From Archangiaceae bacterium (lineage in GTDB: Bacteria; Myxococcota; Myxococcia; Myxococcales; Myxococcaceae), in NCBI GenBank assembly GCA_043750125.1, contig JAYVCD010000229.1, positions 1 to 12,865 of the forward strand: a stretch of DNA of 12,865 nucleotides, in the 5' to 3' direction. How positions within the stretch are numbered: the stretch's first letter is position 1; every line of letters starts with the position of its first letter. Under the pieces are notes generated by a model, which was given only the letters and a program-made list of their open reading frames with translations, was not told the origin of the DNA and made no database searches. A program made the position numbers and the translations under genes. Of the stretch, positions 7,865 to 12,865 are shown piece by piece.

Positions 7865-8013
7865 AGCTTCCCTCATCGATTGACCTTCCGCCGCGTAGCC
7901 ATTGGCGACGGGCGGCTTGGCGGGCACGGTGCAGCCCAGGGGAGCTGAAATCCAGGAAGCTGGACCCAAATCGGCCAACGTTGCCGAACCGGGATCTGCA
8001 CGGATGGGACCCG

Positions 8014-9435
8014 CTATGGGACCTTGAGCAGCTTTCCGATCGTCATCGGCGAGGTGTTCGACAGGTGCGAGTAGTCCAACCCCATCGACTTGAGCAGCGT
8101 GGCGTGCACGTCTGAGGGCCGAACCGAGAAGCCGTTGACCTGGTCCACCGCTCCGCTGGTCAGGTCGAACTTCTGCGCCTGCATTCCGATTTCAGAGCTG
8201 GCCCCGAAGACGGTTCCGCCCTTCAGGCCAGGGCCTGCGAGCAGACAGCTGCCGGTGAGGTGGTGATCTCGACCGTCGCGCGGGTTGAGCATCGGGGTGC
8301 GCGAGAACTCGCTGAACGTCATCAGCGAGGTGCATTCCCAGTACGACTTGGTCGTGCCCGGCACGGTCTTCGACTTGAGGTAGGAAATCAGCCGCCCCAG
8401 CGCGTCGAACCCTTCGGCCAGCGACACCGACTGCGCGCCGGCCTCGTCAAAGTGGTCGTCGAGGTTGTCGGCCAGCGTCACCGCCACCACCTGCGAAATG
8501 CCGTTGGTGATCGCCTGGGCGGCGAGCGCTGCCTTCGCCTTCGACGAGTTGAGCTCGGTCGCCGGGTTCAGGTTGAACGCTGCGAACAAGTCGGTGACCG
8601 ACTGGTTCGGGGGAGGATTGCTGAACTGGAACAGCGAAGACGCCACCGAGTTCGTCATCTTCCGCGCCTGGCCCCGGCTCGAACGGAACGCGGCCACCAG
8701 GCCGGTCGCGTCGTACCCGTGGGCTTCACAGGTGTCGGAAGCCCCTTCGAAGTTGATCAACGCCGTCTCGCTGCCGGCGAGGAGTATCGGCGCCTGCACC
8801 TGGGGGTTGAGCACGGTCCGAACGTCGGTGGCCGAGTTGACCCGCGTCGGGCTCGCGAATGCGGGGAACCCGTCGTTGTACGACTCGACGTTGATCGCCA
8901 GGTTCGGCAGGTCGAGCGTGCTCATCGTCTGGCCGGTGACGACGGTGTTCAGCGAGCTGCCGTTCGCGGTCAGGCCGCGGGGGAACTTTCCGGTCAGCAG
9001 GTAGCGCCGGCCGACCTCGTGGGTCAGGGTGTCCATCGACATCCCGCGCACGATGCACAGGTCGGCCGCGTGCGCCGTCATCACCGAAGGCACCGCCGGG
9101 CCGAAAGACAGGCCACCGACCATCTGCTTGCCGGTGCCCCCCGTCGCCGTCATCACCGCGTTGACCGCCGGGTCCTGCGCGGCCATCTCGGTGTAGGCGG
9201 GGTAGATCCCGGTGGTCGGCGCCTTGCCGGCGACGAACTTGTACTGGCTTTGCGTCGCATCGCGCGGGTCGAGCGCCTGCAGTTGGTCCCACCCCCCGTT
9301 GAAGTAGACGAGCAGCAGGAACTTCGGGTCCGGCGGTTGGGCCAGGGCTTCACCCAACAGCGAGCTGCGAAGCATCACACCGCCTCCGAGGAGGCCGGCG
9401 ATTTCGAGGAAGGTGCGGCGGTTGGTCCGGGGCAT
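8014..9435 (-). CDS. DUF1501 family Tat-exported protein
   Basis: Twin-arginine signal NRRTFL...ALA; motifs LLVYFNGGWDQLQALDP, LCIVRGM...LTHE, LDDH, TSLMTFSEFSRTP, GRDHH, LLAGPGLKGGTVFGAS, DVHATLLKSMG. SD-like GAGGA at 9445-9449. Confidence 0.9.
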   Translation of the reverse strand: MPRTNRRTFLEIAGLLGGGVMLRSSLLGEALAQPPDPKFLLLVYFNGGWDQLQALDPRDATQSQYKFVAGKAPTTGIYPAYTEMAAQDPAVNAVMTATGGTGKQMVGGLSFGPAVPSVMTAHAADLCIVRGMSMDTLTHEVGRRYLLTGKFPRGLTANGSSLNTVVTGQTMSTLDLPNLAINVESYNDGFPAFASPTRVNSATDVRTVLNPQVQAPILLAGSETALINFEGASDTCEAHGYDATGLVAAFRSSRGQARKMTNSVASSLFQFSNPPPNQSVTDLFAAFNLNPATELNSSKAKAALAAQAITNGISQVVAVTLADNLDDHFDEAGAQSVSLAEGFDALGRLISYLKSKTVPGTTKSYWECTSLMTFSEFSRTPMLNPRDGRDHHLTGSCLLAGPGLKGGTVFGASSEIGMQAQKFDLTSGAVDQVNGFSVRPSDVHATLLKSMGLDYSHLSNTSPMTIGKLLKVP

Positions 9436-9447
9436 GGCGCGTAATCC

Positions 9448-10191
9448 TCAGTACAGGTGGTACTCGGGGGCGGTGAGCAGCGCGACGCACACCGTGCGCC
9501 AACCCTCGGTGACATGGGCTTGAGTGAGAGCGCCTGTTCCTTTGGCCGCTTTCACCGATTCATCGAACAACGTGCGCAGCGCAGCAATCGGCTGATCATC
9601 GGTAGCCGCCACCTTCATTCCGTGGAAGGCCAGCCGCAGGTACCGCAGGTTCGCGTCGACGCCGGGCTTGTTCGAGGCCACCGTGTCGGTGAGGCCGACG
9701 AACTTTTCAATCGACCGGATCGCCATCGTCGGCTGCGCCACGTCGACGACCAGCGCGCGGTTGCAGGCATCGCGCGCCATGTCGCCCATGAACTTCACGT
9801 ACAGCGGAGAGGGCTCGAAGTTCTCGTCGACCACCACGATGTAGTCCGGCTCGCCCAGGGTGACCGAACGGGCATCGAACCCGTTCACCCCGCCCACCTT
9901 CCAGGTCTCACCGCCGAGGATCACGGGCAGCGAGGCGCGAAGTTGCCGCACCGACATTCGCTGCGCGCCGCCCGAGAGGGCTCCCCCGAGGACTCCGCCG
10001 CCGCCCGAGCCACCCGAACCGCCCCCGGACCCTCCGCCCATTCCTCCAATCGGAGGGTGGTCCAACGGCATCACCGGGCCCGTGTTGCCCAGGTTCAGCG
10101 AGGGGTTTTGATCGGCGGGTTGCACCGGAGGCGTGCTGCACGCCCCCAACAACACCGTCGCAGCAGCCATCAAGCCAGCGAACGTTTTCAT
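9448..10191 (-). CDS. Uncharacterised lipoprotein with Gly/Ser linker; C-terminal domain resembles the distal part of DUF1553/DUF1595-type proteins
   Basis: MKTFAGLMAAATVLLGAC lipobox (Cys18); Gly/Ser linker at 9967-10047; QRMSVRQLRASL and terminal GWRTVCVALLTAPEYHLY. ATGA overlap with the upstream gene; SD GGAGGG at 10196-10201. Confidence 0.8.
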   Translation of the reverse strand: MKTFAGLMAAATVLLGACSTPPVQPADQNPSLNLGNTGPVMPLDHPPIGGMGGGSGGGSGGSGGGGVLGGALSGGAQRMSVRQLRASLPVILGGETWKVGGVNGFDARSVTLGEPDYIVVVDENFEPSPLYVKFMGDMARDACNRALVVDVAQPTMAIRSIEKFVGLTDTVASNKPGVDANLRYLRLAFHGMKVAATDDQPIAALRTLFDESVKAAKGTGALTQAHVTEGWRTVCVALLTAPEYHLY

Positions 10192-11870
10192 CGGACCCTC
10201 CGGTACTGCGGCAACGAAACCATCTGCTCGACCAACCAGGGCAGGCTGTAGCCATTCGTCCTGAAGCCGTCGGCCAGCGTGGTCAGCAGCGGCAGCTCTT
10301 CGAGCTCAGCGCCAATCACGTGCATGTCGCGCTTCACCAACTGAGAGAACATGCGCTTGACCGAGCAGCGGGCAAACGTGCCATCGGCGATGATCTCGTT
10401 CGCGCGCTTCTTCGGGCCGGCCGCGAGCGCGGCGGCGATGGTGGGGTGAGCGGCGTCGGCGTACTGGTACGGGAGCAGCGCGCCCGGGTTCGAGTCGTCG
10501 TTGTCGGTCACGTAGAACCGACCGCAGAAGGCCGAGCTGCTGCCCTTGCACCCGGCGGACATCCGGGGGAATGCGGCGGACGCGAGCACTGTCGTTCCTG
10601 CCTCGGCGAACTGCCCGAACCCGGCCGCGAGCGGCTCGAGAATCCGGTGGCAGTAACGGCAGGTGCAGCGGCCGGTGAGATCCGTTCCACTCGACAAGCA
10701 CGCCGGAGTGCCCGTGCCCGGCGACTCGATGCTGGACGGAGGCGTGAAGCTGTCGCACTCGAAGTCGATGCGGAACCGGTTGGCCCGGCCGCGGTTGGTC
10801 TGAAACCTGAGCAGGTAGGCGGGCAGGGTGACGACGCCGGAGTGCAGCTTGGCCGAGGCCTCGCCGCTGGCGGGATCATTGCGGTCGATCTCGTGCCAGG
10901 TGGTGTCGGTGAAGTCGAAGTTGCCCGAGTCTTCACTCACGTCGGGAATGGCGTAGATCCGCGACAGGCTCAAGTCGTAGGACATGAACCGCTTCCAGTA
11001 GGAAATCGGGCCGTTCACGTCGGCCTTCGACGAGAGCAACAGGTCGGTGTACGGCTTGCCGCCGACGGTCACTTTGTCGATCGACCGACCCAGCTGCTCG
11101 CGCAGCGAAGTGGTGATCGCGTTGGCGACCATCGCCGCCGGGCCGTAGCAGAAGCGCAGGTTCGCACCGCAGCCGCACGCTTTCTGCCCATTGGCCGCGA
11201 CATCGCCGCACGAGACGGTCTTGGTCCCAATCACCACGGTGGGAGTCTCTTGCGCATCGAAGGCGCAGACCTTCACCATCGAAGTCGGGGTGGGATCCCA
11301 GTAGGGGTGAACCAGCCGGTACCCTTCCTGGTAGACGGTCTTTGCGCCCTGAACTTCCTTGTAGACGCTGGCCGAAGCGGGGTCGATTCGGAATTGGCCG
11401 GGGAAGGCGGGGTCGAAGGTGGTCTGCTCGAAGTCGCCGCAGCCGCGCCCATTGGTGACGGTCGTCAGGTCCGGCTCATTGCGGTAGTTGAGCTTTCTGC
11501 CCGCGCTGCCGAGCATGTACGCGGTCGAGCCCGGGGTCTTCAGCGCCGTCAGCTGCAGCTGCGCGTTGACGTTGTTGAGCTTGACGTTGCTCACGTTGGG
11601 CCAGAACAACTCTTCGTGGTACCGGCGCATCACCACCCGGAAGTCGTCGGTGGTCAGAAACGCTTTCACCTGGGTCACCGGCACGGTGCTCTGCGAGTCG
11701 AGCGCGTTGTACTCGGCGAAGCTCGGCACCCGCCCTCGCAAGTCGAGCGAGAGCCGACGCAGCAGTTGGTACTTGTCGACCTCGTGCTGCGCATCGCACG
11801 TCGCGGGAACGGGTTCTGCGATTGCGCTGCTGGCAATCAGTGACAGCAGCAACACCTTTGTCTTTGTCAT
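10188..11870 (-). CDS. Secreted Cys-rich protein with one CxxCH heme motif; DUF1549-like N-terminus and DUF1588/DUF1585-like C-terminus
   Basis: Start ATG 11870 (or adjacent GTG 11873) overlaps the upstream TGA; SD GGAGG at about 11883-11887. Sec signal MTKTKVLLLSLIASSAIA; QLLRRLSLDLRGRVP..AEY; HSGVVTLPAYL; CRYCHRILEPL (CRYCH at 10647-10661); FARCSVKRMF; 15 Cys counted. Confidence 0.82.
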   Translation of the reverse strand: MTKTKVLLLSLIASSAIAEPVPATCDAQHEVDKYQLLRRLSLDLRGRVPSFAEYNALDSQSTVPVTQVKAFLTTDDFRVVMRRYHEELFWPNVSNVKLNNVNAQLQLTALKTPGSTAYMLGSAGRKLNYRNEPDLTTVTNGRGCGDFEQTTFDPAFPGQFRIDPASASVYKEVQGAKTVYQEGYRLVHPYWDPTPTSMVKVCAFDAQETPTVVIGTKTVSCGDVAANGQKACGCGANLRFCYGPAAMVANAITTSLREQLGRSIDKVTVGGKPYTDLLLSSKADVNGPISYWKRFMSYDLSLSRIYAIPDVSEDSGNFDFTDTTWHEIDRNDPASGEASAKLHSGVVTLPAYLLRFQTNRGRANRFRIDFECDSFTPPSSIESPGTGTPACLSSGTDLTGRCTCRYCHRILEPLAAGFGQFAEAGTTVLASAAFPRMSAGCKGSSSAFCGRFYVTDNDDSNPGALLPYQYADAAHPTIAAALAAGPKKRANEIIADGTFARCSVKRMFSQLVKRDMHVIGAELEELPLLTTLADGFRTNGYSLPWLVEQMVSLPQYRRVR

Positions 11871-12865
11871 CACGGCTGCATCCCTCCGGCGACCCACTTG
11901 AGGACCACCGCGTAATCAGCGGCGGACAACACTTCGCTATTGGCGGGCGGCATCGGAGCGACGCCTTCCGCTTTCAATCGTTTGATCACCAACGGTGCGT
12001 AGGTTTTCGTGACCGCGTAGTCGTTGAAGTTGATGATCGGCGAGCTCTGCGCCCCGGTGAGGTGGCAGCTGTTGCAGTGCGCAGCCATGAACGGCTTCAC
12101 GTCGGTCGCGAAGGAAACCGGCTGGCCGGTGGCGAGCTTGATCAACACCGCGGCGTCGAGCGCGAACGTGTCGCCGGCGGCATCGACCTGTAGGCCCCGC
12201 GCGCGCGGACCGGCGAGGTCGCCAAAGGTCTTGAAGCTCGCGCCCTCGAGGCGGGCCACTTTTCCCCCGGCCGCAATCAACACCCCGCCCAGCGCGCTGA
12301 CCACGTCGTCGGCCGCGACCACCGCGGACCCTGCGGCCGCCAGCGTGCGGCGCTTCACTTCTCCGGACTTCAGCCGCTCGTACAGGCCGGTGGTGGTGGC
12401 GAGCATCACCGACCCGTCGTCGGTGCGGCTCCACGCGTTCACGGTGCCGATGTCCCGGGCGATCCAGGTGGCCTTGTTTGCCCCGAGGTCGACCAGGAAG
12501 GCCTGGTTTTTGGCGACCACCACCGCCTGGTCCGGGCCCGCGCCGACGGCCAGGCTCGCGATTCCCAGGGGCCCGAGCTTCGGAAACTCGATCTCGACCG
12601 CGCGCATCATCGAGGACTTCACGTGTTGGATCCCCGTGCTCGTCGTCAGCCACAGCTCTTCGGCCGCGCCTTCTGCGTACCCGTCCACCGCCGTCACCGT
12701 CAGCCCACTCAAATCGGTCGAGACCGGCGACTTGAGCAGCCGCCCGTCGAGCACGTGGAACAGGCCACCGCCCGCCACCACCCACAGGCCATTGGCCCCC
12801 CGGCGGCCGACGAACCGAACCGGGCCGGTTTCCATCACTTCGCCCGGCGCGCCCACCGGGACCGC
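11870..12865 (-). CDS. Beta-propeller-like repeat protein with C-terminal monoheme class I cytochrome c (planctomycete cytochrome c-like), 5'-truncated
   Basis: Frame is open to the window edge. Repeats GLWVVAGGGLFHV, ELWLTTSTGIQHV, SVMLATTTGLYER, GVLIAAGGKVARL. Terminal VSFATDVKPFMAAHCNSCH (CNSCH at 12062-12076)...PMPP...LSAADYAVVLKWVAGG. Confidence 0.82.
   Translation of the reverse strand, partial: AVPVGAPGEVMETGPVRFVGRRGANGLWVVAGGGLFHVLDGRLLKSPVSTDLSGLTVTAVDGYAEGAAEELWLTTSTGIQHVKSSMMRAVEIEFPKLGPLGIASLAVGAGPDQAVVVAKNQAFLVDLGANKATWIARDIGTVNAWSRTDDGSVMLATTTGLYERLKSGEVKRRTLAAAGSAVVAADDVVSALGGVLIAAGGKVARLEGASFKTFGDLAGPRARGLQVDAAGDTFALDAAVLIKLATGQPVSFATDVKPFMAAHCNSCHLTGAQSSPIINFNDYAVTKTYAPLVIKRLKAEGVAPMPPANSEVLSAADYAVVLKWVAGGMQP

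Noticed and set aside
7918-7933. Sigma54-like TGGC-N7-GTGCA on the + strand
   Set aside because: Imperfect -12 box, points antisense into the DUF1501 gene end with no downstream + gene, and is expected by chance at this GC content.
6563-8115. 471-aa minus-strand and 457-aa plus-strand ORFs overlapping the glycosyltransferase
   Set aside because: Arg-rich shadow frames of a clearly recognisable GT-C gene.
8260-11843. Long plus-strand ORFs (394, 264 and 507 aa) opposite the DUF1501 operon
   Set aside because: Antisense shadows; the minus strand has signal peptides, SD sites, coupled overlaps and family motifs.
1-12865. CRISPR array, transposase/integrase, prophage or defence genes
   Set aside because: No spaced direct repeats or such protein motifs seen; the only periodic repeats are coding (Lys-rich tail, Gly/Ser linker).

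Overview
GC-rich bacterial window, most likely from a Myxococcota member (MYXO-CTERM-type tail, DAG/DGG linkers; the taxonomy is inferred). It is almost fully coding, with 10 supportable CDSs and no RNA gene, mobile element or CRISPR array. The left part (1-7864) is a cell-envelope region. It holds a 5'-truncated GH44-like protein with a MYXO-CTERM-type anchor whose catalytic nucleophile Glu appears replaced by Gly, an SRPBCC/Aha1-like protein with a histone-H1-like tail, dacB with a long helical C-terminal extension, lptF-lptG, and an ArnT-like GT-C glycosyltransferase. The right part (8014-12865, minus strand) is a tightly coupled operon of at least four genes with no known function: a beta-propeller-like protein fused to a monoheme cytochrome c, a Cys-rich secreted CxxCH protein (DUF1549/DUF1588/DUF1585-like), a lipoprotein, and a Tat-exported DUF1501 protein. 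This operon is the best candidate for an undescribed system. It looks like the planctomycete-type cytochrome c-DUF1549-DUF1553 polypeptide split into three separately exported subunits in the same order, ahead of DUF1501. All family calls come from motif recognition by eye, not database searches.
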